A stretch of 33,423 nt of DNA from Nemertoderma westbladi (taxonomy: Eukaryota > Animalia > Xenacoelomorpha): the NCBI GenBank assembly GCA_032718475.1, contig JAUCBJ010007421.1, positions 1 through 33,423 on the forward strand. Direction: 5' to 3'. A program made the position numbers and the translations under genes. This document shows positions 1 through 9,046 of this stretch, in pieces (the stretch's first letter is position 1; every line of letters starts with the position of its first letter). The notes beneath the pieces are model-generated. The model was given only the letters and a program-made list of their open reading frames with translations. It searched no databases and was not told the DNA's origin.

Positions 1-994
1 ACCCTATCAATTTACACGATACGGACGGTGTAGACACCGAAAGGGAAACGGTTTTATTTAAATATCATACCCAGCGGAGTCGAAACGATAAATCGAGAAT
101 AGAACACGAGAACTCTATTCGAAATCAGCTCGAAAGAAAGAACGTGGAAGAAGGCTTGTAAAGACAAATATAGGCGAACCACTGGAGAAGAGACATATGT
201 TAATGTCCAGGGTCCATAATGTGAATAGTTTTCCCCGGGGCACGGGTGCTCGCGGGCGGTCTCCTTCGGGAGGCTGTAAATTTCTCTTCCTTCATCGTTT
301 TCCTGTAATTATTGTGATCAGTGTCACAATTAAAAGACAAGAATGAATGATGACGTGATGGAAAACTTGTCCATTGTGGTGTCTTATGGATACTACCCTA
401 TATCCTTCCTCCTCTTTACTCCCTTCATCGATCGACCAATCATAGTGGTATCGTGGTATGGATCATACCTCATCCTAATAAATCTCCTCACCTTCTCTTC
501 CCAACGCGCTCGGAGCTTCGGGAAACGAATACTAAACCTCCCAGCCCTTACTGTTCATCTGGATGCTAATATTGGTGTCCGCACCTCCTGTCCATGTCAT
601 ATTCTGTTGATATTTATGATATCAACTTCCACCCTCTCGTTCTTGATTAGATAATCAACCACTTCCTAATTTCCTCAAGTCCACAACCGTGAAACAAGGA
701 CTGAAAGGACACGCGGATAGTTTGTGAACAACTGGTACCATTATGTGTCATAAATCTGGTTGTTCACCTCCCTTAATGATTGGGGATATAAATCTTATGT
801 AGAACAACTGAGGCAAACATATCTTTGAGCTGGTGTTTACCTCATCACACTGGGGATAAATTCGGTTGGGGATAGTACTCGAATGTTACAATCCTCCTAC
901 TGAGATCTTATTTCTGAATATTTCAGAATGCGAAATAGTTTTTCCTCTGCTCTACCATCGCTGTCGGAGAACATATTAGGCATACAATGGGAAC

Positions 995-2017
995 ATGGAG
1001 AACATTCCATACCCTTTCGTTGATACTCAGCTGATTGCTCCTTGGGCCGAAGGCCGAGGTTTCTTTCGCACTATGTATGCCAATACACCCAGCGGCATTA
1101 CTAAAGTACAACGGACATCCATCGGACATCTTGCCTTTCAAGAATATGGTTGGAATTTCAAAGTTGGAAATCCTATAAATTACCAGCAAGTATATGGAGA
1201 TCATTACTCCCGTTTATATTTTGATGGACCATTAACTGCGCCTGGTGCCGTATATAGCTTTATGAGTGTTCCACTTCGCCCTTCCTTAGCTATATACACG
1301 ATCTTTGAAAACGCAGCACTTGCCGGTTGGCTAGCCGATGTGTGCAGTCGTACCATACGCGCTCACCCGTTAATACTTGGAACTAAACTTGCCAAGTTAG
1401 ACGAACACAATAAGTTCATACGTTTCGAATGTTTCCGGCGCTTTCTGACTCCGTTCCGTAACGTCGATAGTCAGTTCAAGGATCGCGCGCTGACCAAGCT
1501 CAGTCTTAGAGACTCAGCTGCGGAGAAACTGAGTAGCGCTGGATTTGCCGTCTTTCAAGACGTTTGTATACAGAACCTACATTCATCCGTTATACAAAGA
1601 CCCCGAATATCTACAGGTTATTCTGTCGTGGAAATACAGACAGTGGGTCCACTTACGGAAACCGACGCACCCACTTCGTCTATGCAGCTGGAGGATGAAC
1701 CAGTATGCTTGGAATCAGAAGCGATTCAACCTACGGCTTCCCGGAGCAGTGACAATGATTATGTCATAGAGTGGTATCAAGGTCCACAGCGTCTCACAGC
1801 GTACGATTATCGACACGCCAACTACGTTTCTCGAAAACGTTGTCGATTATGTGCATCGAGAGACCACTTCACTCCTCTAGACTCGAGCGTACCTTGTTCC
1901 TATTTCCTCGAACAACCGATGATGGAAATATATTGTGCTTATTGCCGGCTTAATAACTCTCATATATTTGCCGTCTGCCCACAATTTATGACTCAATGTC
2001 ACTACTGTCAATCTTAA
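995..2017 (+). CDS. N-terminal part of an unknown protein with CCHC-type zinc knuckles, probably an accessory ORF of an LTR retroelement; continues in the +1 frame
   Basis: 340-codon ORF ending in CRLCASRDH-x9-C, CAYCRLNNSHIFAVC and an incomplete CHYCQS*. No RT, protease or integrase motifs recognised. Confidence 0.6.
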   Translation: MENIPYPFVDTQLIAPWAEGRGFFRTMYANTPSGITKVQRTSIGHLAFQEYGWNFKVGNPINYQQVYGDHYSRLYFDGPLTAPGAVYSFMSVPLRPSLAIYTIFENAALAGWLADVCSRTIRAHPLILGTKLAKLDEHNKFIRFECFRRFLTPFRNVDSQFKDRALTKLSLRDSAAEKLSSAGFAVFQDVCIQNLHSSVIQRPRISTGYSVVEIQTVGPLTETDAPTSSMQLEDEPVCLESEAIQPTASRSSDNDYVIEWYQGPQRLTAYDYRHANYVSRKRCRLCASRDHFTPLDSSVPCSYFLEQPMMEIYCAYCRLNNSHIFAVCPQFMTQCHYCQS

Positions 2018-2771
2018 AGGACATGAAAGTTACAATTGTCCCTTTAATCGCGATTTAGAGAGCGTAGACGAGATGATCACCCTGCGATACATCCGAGCTT
2101 GGGAAGCGAACGCCGATTTACATTGCGAATCCCGACATCGCTATTACCCTGGACGAGCTTACGAGGGAGTTTACGCGTTCCATCCTTATCTATTCGCGTC
2201 GATTGAACAGAAAACACGCGTACCAAGTTACGAGTTAATGAAGCGTGTTGGTGAGTGTATTTCCACCAAGTTTGTCAGGAAATACCTTAGAAACGTTAAC
2301 CCTAATGATATAACCACATATCACCTGATCAATTTTATCCGTCAGGACCCGGAGTATGGCGACATCTTTGTGAACTCGCATCCTGAACTACAGGAAATAT
2401 CTCGGCGACCATATGAATATCGAACCCGAGAACGCGAGCTGGAGAGAACCATTAAACCGAGAAAGTTCCTCACTACTCACGGTCCACCCACCGCTAGTGT
2501 CCAGACGACCCGTCAAGGACCCGTAGGAGCTGCTGTCCTGAGACGCGCTCTAAAGGCCGTTAGACCTCACTCCACTGAGGTTGATATTAATCAACCAGGT
2601 ACTTCGACCGGCGGGTATACCGATCGTAACCCTGCACCTTCTGATGCAATTATATTGCACCCTTCGCCTAGGAGCTACAGCCCTCCTCGTAAAGTGGCTC
2701 GCCCCAAAGAGAAAATGACTCTTGCTAGCTTTAAAAAACTGCGTAAACGCCGTCCGCGCAAGAAAGACTAA
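2016..2771 (+). CDS. C-terminal continuation of the 995 ORF: completes the third zinc knuckle and ends in a basic NLS-like tail
   Basis: The frame of the 2073..2771 ORF is open from 1992 and reads KGHESYNCPFNRDLESVDEM before the ATG. It ends in FKKLRKRRPRKKD*. Confidence 0.6.
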   Translation, partial: KGHESYNCPFNRDLESVDEMITLRYIRAWEANADLHCESRHRYYPGRAYEGVYAFHPYLFASIEQKTRVPSYELMKRVGECISTKFVRKYLRNVNPNDITTYHLINFIRQDPEYGDIFVNSHPELQEISRRPYEYRTRERELERTIKPRKFLTTHGPPTASVQTTRQGPVGAAVLRRALKAVRPHSTEVDINQPGTSTGGYTDRNPAPSDAIILHPSPRSYSPPRKVARPKEKMTLASFKKLRKRRPRKKD

Positions 2772-2849
2772 CTGTTTAGAGTATTTTTATATTTTAGAAA
2801 CTGTGATTTTGTATATTTTATAGACTTAAATCCCATTTTCTGGGAGCGG

Positions 2850-3312
2850 TGTAAAAGCTTTTGTGGGATAACTGATTCGTTTGCCTTGTTGGCCAGTTCC
2901 CCCCCGGTCGCTAGAATACTCTAAAGGGGATCTATAGCTAAAATAGTGCAAGCTACCAGCTTATTGGCTGATTTGCTGTACGCAGGTATCTGGGCTCTGT
3001 TTAATCGGCCAACCAGCCTAGGAAGGTTGCGTCATAGCCTTGTTTTTGTATCTCCCAATAGAATTTGAGTTAGCCTTGATTTTGACCTATCACAGAGCTA
3101 CTGAACTGAAATTTTCCTATCTCACTGCTCTTTCTCTGTGTTGAACGGGAGCTTCGTGGAATAAGGGTAGTTGGTATCCTCGTATAGAGCAGTAGTCACG
3201 AGTTTTTCAAAGCCACGAAAGAACGGCTTTTTAGTGTTTTGTGCTTTCTGCTTTTTAGCTCAACACTAGTAGGTTTAATTATAAGGACATATATCCTTTA
3301 ACGCATTTGACA
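2850..3312 (+). mobile_element. Putative 3' long terminal repeat (~463 bp) with upstream polypurine tract
   Basis: Purine-rich GGGAGCGG (2842-2849) is followed immediately by TGTAAAAGC. The block ends GCATTTGACA (reverse complement TGTCAAATGC), giving TG...CA termini with an imperfect inverted repeat. No partner LTR or TSD is visible in the window. Confidence 0.5.
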
Positions 3313-4133
3313 CACCGCACACCTGGCTTTTAATCGCTGCTAACTGATCATACATACTACTGCTGAAACATTGCAAACTCATAACAATCAGTGTTCAGTT
3401 GTTGTTTTATACTGCTATTTACTGTCAGTTCTTCATAATATGGTTGATGAATTATTATATTTGGAATAACGATAAATAACCCCGAAACCCAATATTCTTG
3501 ATATACCGAAGGTAAGAGAGAAGGGTTACAGATAAACGATTGTGACTTATGTTAAAGTGGTTTGAAGTGAATCTAATGTTATTTGATAGACCCTACATGA
3601 GTCAGTCTGTGTTCCTTTTATATGTGACTAAAATCAGTGAAGATTGGCAGATTAGTGTGCAGTATTGTGCAGCATTGTGTATGAGTGAGTCTGTTAAAGA
3701 AGCAATTCCTAAAGAATGCGCCATATATGTGAATTATAATTAAGCCATATCGTTGTGAGTAGTTTAAGTCATAACTCTGTTTATATAGATAAAGCGCCAC
3801 GTCCTAAAGGAACTGTTAATATTCCCGAAGGTGAATAATATTGTCAGAGATTATATAATACTGTCAGTCGAATAATACATTAGGCTTACATAGCAATAAA
3901 ATTAAACCGTCGAACCCAATCTCCCGGGAATATCCAGCGGGTGAATGATCGCGCACAGATTGGTTTCGACTAGTGTAGTGAATCAAATACTTGTCATAGG
4001 CTAAAAAGCGATTTAATATCTAGAAGACATCTTAATTTGGCGGGTTAAACTGCCAAAGGTCTGAAAGCGCGAACAACAACGTCCATGACGCCAATTTCTC
4101 AGCAACGGCTCAAATCAAATTGTTTGAAATAGG

Positions 4134-4406
4134 TATTAGAATATAATTAACAGTTAATATGTAAATTAATTGTAACACCCATAGCTGTCATTGTCAGTAA
4201 ATAATGTACAAATAATACAATCCCAATACTACATACAGCCAGTGTATAAACTATCAAAGTGAGTTGGTTAATAATTATGGTGGAGTTACCTAAATGGTTG
4301 ATAATTATATGAAGTGGATTTGTGTGTTTACTGACAATGGCACCCATGGCATGGGTGTTGAAATTAATTTACATATTAACTGTTAATTGTATTTTATATT
4401 CTAATA
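4134..4406. mobile_element. MITE-like element with ~70-bp imperfect terminal inverted repeats
   Basis: 4134-4201 is the inverse of 4327-4406. Perfect 27-bp core AATTAACAGTTAATATGTAAATTAATT (4145-4171) pairs with 4362-4388. Confidence 0.75.
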
Positions 4407-4694
4407 ACTTTGGGTTTTCAACTATAGAATCACAGACTTGAATGATTTGAAATTTGGTATGTACAGTATGTAGGTTATGTAGAGCATTTGGCGCCCTGCA
4501 ATTGGCGTCCGTCGCTAGGAGGCGCTAAATATCACTTCGTCTAGGCTTAAATACGTAATATATATAGGCCTAATGCAGCTGCAATGCAGCGGGGGCTCGG
4601 TATTCAGTAAATAGCAACGCAGCCACCTTGTAGATAGTCCGTCGCTAAATAACAGACGGCTAAACTGGAAACACGTGAACTGTTAGTGGCACTG

Positions 4695-5087
4695 GTGATG
4701 GATGGGCGATAGGTTGTCCGACGGTCGACAGTGATGGTTGGGCGATAGGTTGTCCGACGGTCGACAGTGATGGATGGGCGATAGGTTGTCCGACGGTCGA
4801 CAGTGATGGATGGGCGATAGGTTGTCCGACGGTCGACAGTGATGGTTGGGCGATAGGTTGTCCGACGGTCGACACTGATGGATGGGCGATAGGTTGTCCG
4901 ACGGTCGACAGTGATGGATGGGCGATAGGTAGTCGGACGGTCGACAGTGATGGTTGGTCGATAGGTTGTCCGACGGTCGACAGTGATGGTTGGGCGATAG
5001 GTTGTCCGACGGTCGACAGTGATGGTTGGGCGATAGGTTGTCCGACGGTCGACAGTGATGGATGGGCGATAGGTAGTCGGACGGTCG
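4695..5087. repeat. 36-bp minisatellite, ~11 copies
   Basis: Unit GTGATGG(A/T)TGGGCGATAGGT(T/A)GTC(C/G)GACGGTCGACA repeated head to tail without spacers. Confidence 0.97.
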
Positions 5088-5432
5088 CCTCTTCTCATTA
5101 GTTAATGTATTATATCGATAGAAGCCTAGTTGATCCCGTAAAAGACTTATGCAACGTAATATCTTGGGTTCGGAAATCTGTTGAAACTACGAAATGGGAA
5201 GGCATAGTCTGCACAATAAACTGTCAAGGGCGAGGCTATGGAAATATGGAAACAAACCTCTAATGGTCTATTTATTCCGCGCAGTAGTATAACCTGTGCT
5301 GCTATAGCAACCCCAGCCGGGATCTTACTGATGAATTCACAAGGAGGTCGTTGGGTCAAGGTATAAGACGAAACATTCAATAAATTACAAAACGGGGTAA
5401 ATGAAGTAATAACTTCTTATTATATTTATATA

Positions 5433-5560
5433 GGTCCCACCATGGTATAGGTAGTGGGTTCAATCCCGGCATGGGCCAGGGCAGTTTCCGTTTCAGTACA
5501 AATGCTTTTAATGGACTAGACCTGGCCTAAACGGCCGAATAAAATTTACTTTTACTTTTA
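5433..5560 (+). mobile_element. Short tRNA-derived SINE-like copy
   Basis: Pol III B-box GGTTCAATCC at 5457-5466, a weak A-box (TGGTATAGGTAG) upstream, and a 3' AATAAA followed by a (TTTTAC)n tail. Confidence 0.45.
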
Positions 5561-5716
5561 TAGCGGCACCTTACAGAGACAACGAATAAGAGCAATGTCA
5601 ACAAATTGTTTAGCTATTCAGATCATCGGTTGTAGTACAGGAACCTCAATCATATCGTATCAAATAAAATTAAATGCACCAAATAATTCTAAAATACAAC
5701 AATAATAATTCATTAG

Positions 5717-6108
5717 ATAAGTAGATAGCGTGACAATGAATGGTGAATGTATTGCAAAAATTTTTAATATTTATTTATATCTTAATTATTTTTATTTTAT
5801 ATTATTTTATAACAAAAAAAACTGTGATTATTTCCTCTACATTCTCATGGTAATTATTGATTTAATAACTTGCGGAATATGTGCCCATTCATCTTTGTAT
5901 TATTGGAATTAGCTTGGTTTTGGGTAGGCGGAAACTTTGAAGTTTAAATTGTACATTATTATTGGTATAATTGGTGCAATTATTCCGGTAGTTTAGGGTT
6001 TCTCTGTAAACAATAGTTGAGTAAAATCCTCACCTGGGGGAGTTGAAACATTGTGAAAATTAAATAATTTTTGCAATACATTCACCATTCTTGTCCCGCT
6101 CTACTTAT
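5717..6108. mobile_element. MITE-like element with ~50-bp terminal inverted repeats
   Basis: ATAAGTAGATAGCGTGACAATGAATGGTGAATGTATTGCAAAAATT at the left is nearly the reverse complement of AATTTTTGCAATACATTCACCATTCTTGTCCCGCTCTACTTAT at the right. Confidence 0.75.
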
Positions 6109-6381
6109 TTGATATCAACACGAATGCTAACTCTATCAGAATAATTAATTACCTACATAACTTATCGATTGGATATATATGTCATGTTTGCGAGGTGATA
6201 ATTGATGTTAACGACATACTGAGGCATATACGTTTGCGAGGCACATACTAAAATTAAAACTAAGGAAAAAATCTAATGTCAGTCAAGGCCTAACTATCAA
6301 TTATTTAACAATGTTTTAAATGCGCAGCGGTGAAAGCAACATGTGTACGTATGGTTGCCCGACAACCTGGAACCGGTTGGC

Positions 6382-6587
6382 TCAACATCCGGCCTCCGGG
6401 TTGCATTCCTCGTAACTCTTGGCGTTGCGACACATAGAGACTTGTAGACCACCCTCGGCCCACTCCTCTCTCTGGCCTTTGTTACACTTCGTACCATCTC
6501 GCCCACACTTATTGACGAAACACGGGTAGTCATGGCAGCATTTCTTTTTTCCCCACCCGAATAGCCATCTCTTGGCGTCTTTTTCAT
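6382..6587 (-). CDS. Exon 2 of a secreted cysteine-rich prepropeptide: end of propeptide, KR site and 61-aa 8-Cys mature peptide
   Basis: Acceptor ATATTTAG| at 6588, phase 1. Translates (D)EKDAKR-WLFGWGKKKCCHDYPCFVNKCGRDGTKCNKGQREEWAEGGLQVSMCRNAKSYEECNPEAGC*. This is a different frame from the ORF-track call 6297..6587. Confidence 0.85.
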
Positions 6588-6660
6588 CTAAATATTAATA
6601 AATGAAATGAAATAATTTTTTTTCAATCGAAATCCTAAATATAAATAGCTATGATTCATT

Positions 6661-6677
6661 GGAGCTAGGACACCACG

Positions 6678-6712
<35 letters not shown>

Positions 6713-7292
6713 ATCCCGGACACTTCCCCCCGGACACTTCCCCCCCAGTTAAAGTGTTAAAATTAATCTGTCATCAAAGCAATAATTAAATTTAATTATT
6801 ATTATAATTAATTCATGTTTGTATCATCAGATAATAAATTGACGAAGCCTAGAGTAGGAGCTGCATTGAATGCTAACCAAATTAGTATAAAAATTACTAC
6901 AATATTACATAATTCAACGAAATCCTATTAAAAATATTGCACGAAGCAAATTTGGAAAAGGCACAAGAGGAAATGGAAATTTAATTAGTTTATCAATATG
7001 TAATGCTGAACACAGAATACAGGTCGACGCATGTCTATTTTACCCTGGAGAGGTATAATTTTGGTTGCATCAATAATATTCCTCCCCATCTGCTACAATT
7101 TGAAGAAGGGTGTGCATAAGAATGTGCGAAATCAAGAACAGACGTCGGGGGGGGGGGGGGGGAAGTGTCTGGGGGTTAAGTGTCCGGGGGGGGCGGGGGT
7201 GTCTGGGGGTGAAGTGTCCGGGGGGGAAGTGTCCTACTTGAACGGGGGGGGGGGGGGGGGGAGGACTGTCCGGGGGGAATTGTCCGCACACC
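6661..7292. mobile_element. Non-autonomous TIR element (MULE-type MITE-like) inside the peptide gene intron
   Basis: Left arm of GGACACTTCCCCCC repeats plus poly-C mirrors the right arm of GGGGGGAAGTGTCC repeats plus poly-G. Flanked by GATTCATT (6653-6660) and CATTCATT (7293-7300), a possible TSD. Confidence 0.65.
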
Positions 7293-7500
7293 CATTCATT
7301 ATTACTGTTATCATTGTTATGCAATTATAGGCCTACAGTACAAGTAACTTTTTATGTGGTGGCAATAAAGTAGACTTTTATCAAGCTGTATTATTTTGTG
7401 AGCATTGTTAACGAATTTGACAAAAAGTGACTTTCAACAAATAAATCATGTTTCCGGTTGGAGATAAAATTGTAAATATTGAGACTTTTGATAAACTTAC

Positions 7501-7624
7501 CAAGGACTTGCGAAATTCTTTTAGCCAATTGAGCTTCCTCTTCTTTGACTTTAAAAATGCCTGACATTACACCGACAACACATGTCAACGCAACAAGCAC
7601 GGCTATGGCAGTTAGCGATGTCAT
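7501..7624 (-). CDS. Exon 1 of a secreted cysteine-rich prepropeptide: signal peptide and propeptide
   Basis: ATG at 7624 with A at -3. Translates MTSLTAIAVLVALTCVVGVMSGIFKVKEEEAQLAKRISQVL, then a consensus donor G|GTAAGT at 7501/7500. Phase 1 matches exon 2. Confidence 0.85.
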
Positions 7625-7759
7625 TATTCTTACAAAACTAGATACGCCGTTCAAAATGTTTTGAGAATACCTTTATATTCCAATAATAACTAAAACTATT
7701 GCTACTATAATTCAAAGACTAATTGAAAAATGCGATTGACAATTAAACTTATTGGCAAA

Positions 7760-8543
7760 CGATTATGAATTACCAAACACCTATCTCTCCTGTATTTGTT
7801 ACCTTTAACGCATCCACATCGCAACCATGGAGTATGTTTACATACCCAATGTATCACTATCAGTGGCATCATCAACCAGTGCCAACTAACGATATTTTAC
7901 TCAGAACCAAACGGAATAGTTTCCAGTATCTATAAAACTGGTTGCTAAGCAACGTAAAAACATGGAATCTTCCATAGACCGAACCTGTGTAAAACACCAA
8001 TGTGTATCGCATGTGGAGATGGAGACAGGGATGAAGGGGGTGGGATGGTGGAGGATCTCGCGATTTAATATCTCGTTTAAATGTTTAATTATCAATTTAT
8101 ATATATTGTATATTGTACCGTATATATTATATATTGTATATATTATATATTGTATATATTATATATTGTATATATTATATATTGTATATATTATATATTA
8201 TATATTGTACATATATATATATATATTATATAAATAGTTATTAATGTGGATCAGTACATATTGAGTGATAAAACCCTTGCGGCAAATCTCATACAATGAT
8301 ATATTCAAAATGTGTAAATGTGCGAACAGAGTGTAATGTAATGCTATGTAATGTTATAATGCTGTACCTGGAGAACATTTATGATGTACGGAAATAAAAA
8401 GGACAGTTAAGCGAGTAGTCCTGTAACATTCGTATCAAATTTCCTGATTTGTCGATTTTTACATATAAATTCCTTGTTTATTTGAAGAAAAAGAAACTAA
8501 ATTCCATCACTCTTCCTGGTTTTCCAGGAGAGTGGCAATCCTA
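7760..8543 (-). mobile_element. Possible highly degenerate hAT-like transposon remnant
   Basis: Stop-riddled minus-strand translation LALVDDATD...QIQER*VFG resembles the first catalytic-Asp region of hAT transposases. TAGGATTGCCAC (minus strand, starting near 8543) resembles a hAT-type terminus. Weak. Confidence 0.25.
8098..8233. repeat. AT-rich low-complexity, (TA)n-like microsatellite
   Basis: Repeats of TATATTGTATAT / TATATTA. Confidence 0.9.
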
Positions 8544-9046
8544 AAGTACGTAGGCAGGCCTATCAGTATTGGAATAACCCAAGCCCCTATGATTTTTCTT
8601 CGGCCTTTAGACAAGGGATTACACACAAAGTCTGACGACTTATTTCCAGTGCGGTCTCCCCTAACTATACTCCACAACGGTGTTTATTTCGCGACCATGT
8701 AAGCATGCAAGGCAGAGATGCGCCGCGGTTAATTTTGAAATTTAAAACTAGATAAAATTGAATTAGTCTACTTGCCATCTACACCATTCATTGAGCGAAA
8801 CCTGCATTTGCGTGTCTTAAGGGAGACAAGTTCACTGTTCACCATGCAGCCATTGAGTAAAATACCCAGATTTAAAGATAAATCACTACAGTATTCTAGA
8901 ATATTGAATTAAAATCAATAGGGGTTTCAATACCATTTTGATCGATATTAAAGTACGTCACTACAATTGGATTCACTGTTAGTTAAAATCAGTTATTGGA
9001 ACTCAATCATTGATTCATTACCTAGACAACTAACTGGTTTACTCGG

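Noticed and set aside
1-900. Possible pol or other coding remnants upstream of the zinc-knuckle ORF
   Set aside because: Short coding-like stretches on the minus strand are interrupted by stops, and no RT, RNase H or integrase motif was recognised.
1840-2042. nanos orthologue
   Set aside because: Knuckle spacings do not match the nanos C-x2-C-x12-H-x10-C-x7-C-x2-C-x7-H-x4-C pattern, and three knuckles are present.
4604-5098. Repeat protein (TYRPTITVDRRT)n as a real gene, or CRISPR-like 36-bp repeats
   Set aside because: Pure tandem array without spacers. The ORF is a by-product of a stop-free 36-bp unit, with no other coding evidence.
6297-6587. ORF-track 96-aa protein MKKTPRDG...
   Set aside because: Wrong frame. 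Its ATG is the first three bases after a splice acceptor, and the alternative frame gives the KR plus 8-Cys peptide in phase with exon 1.
7031-7330. Gly-rich and Pro-rich ORFs on both strands
   Set aside because: They derive from the poly-G/poly-C arms of the intronic TIR element.
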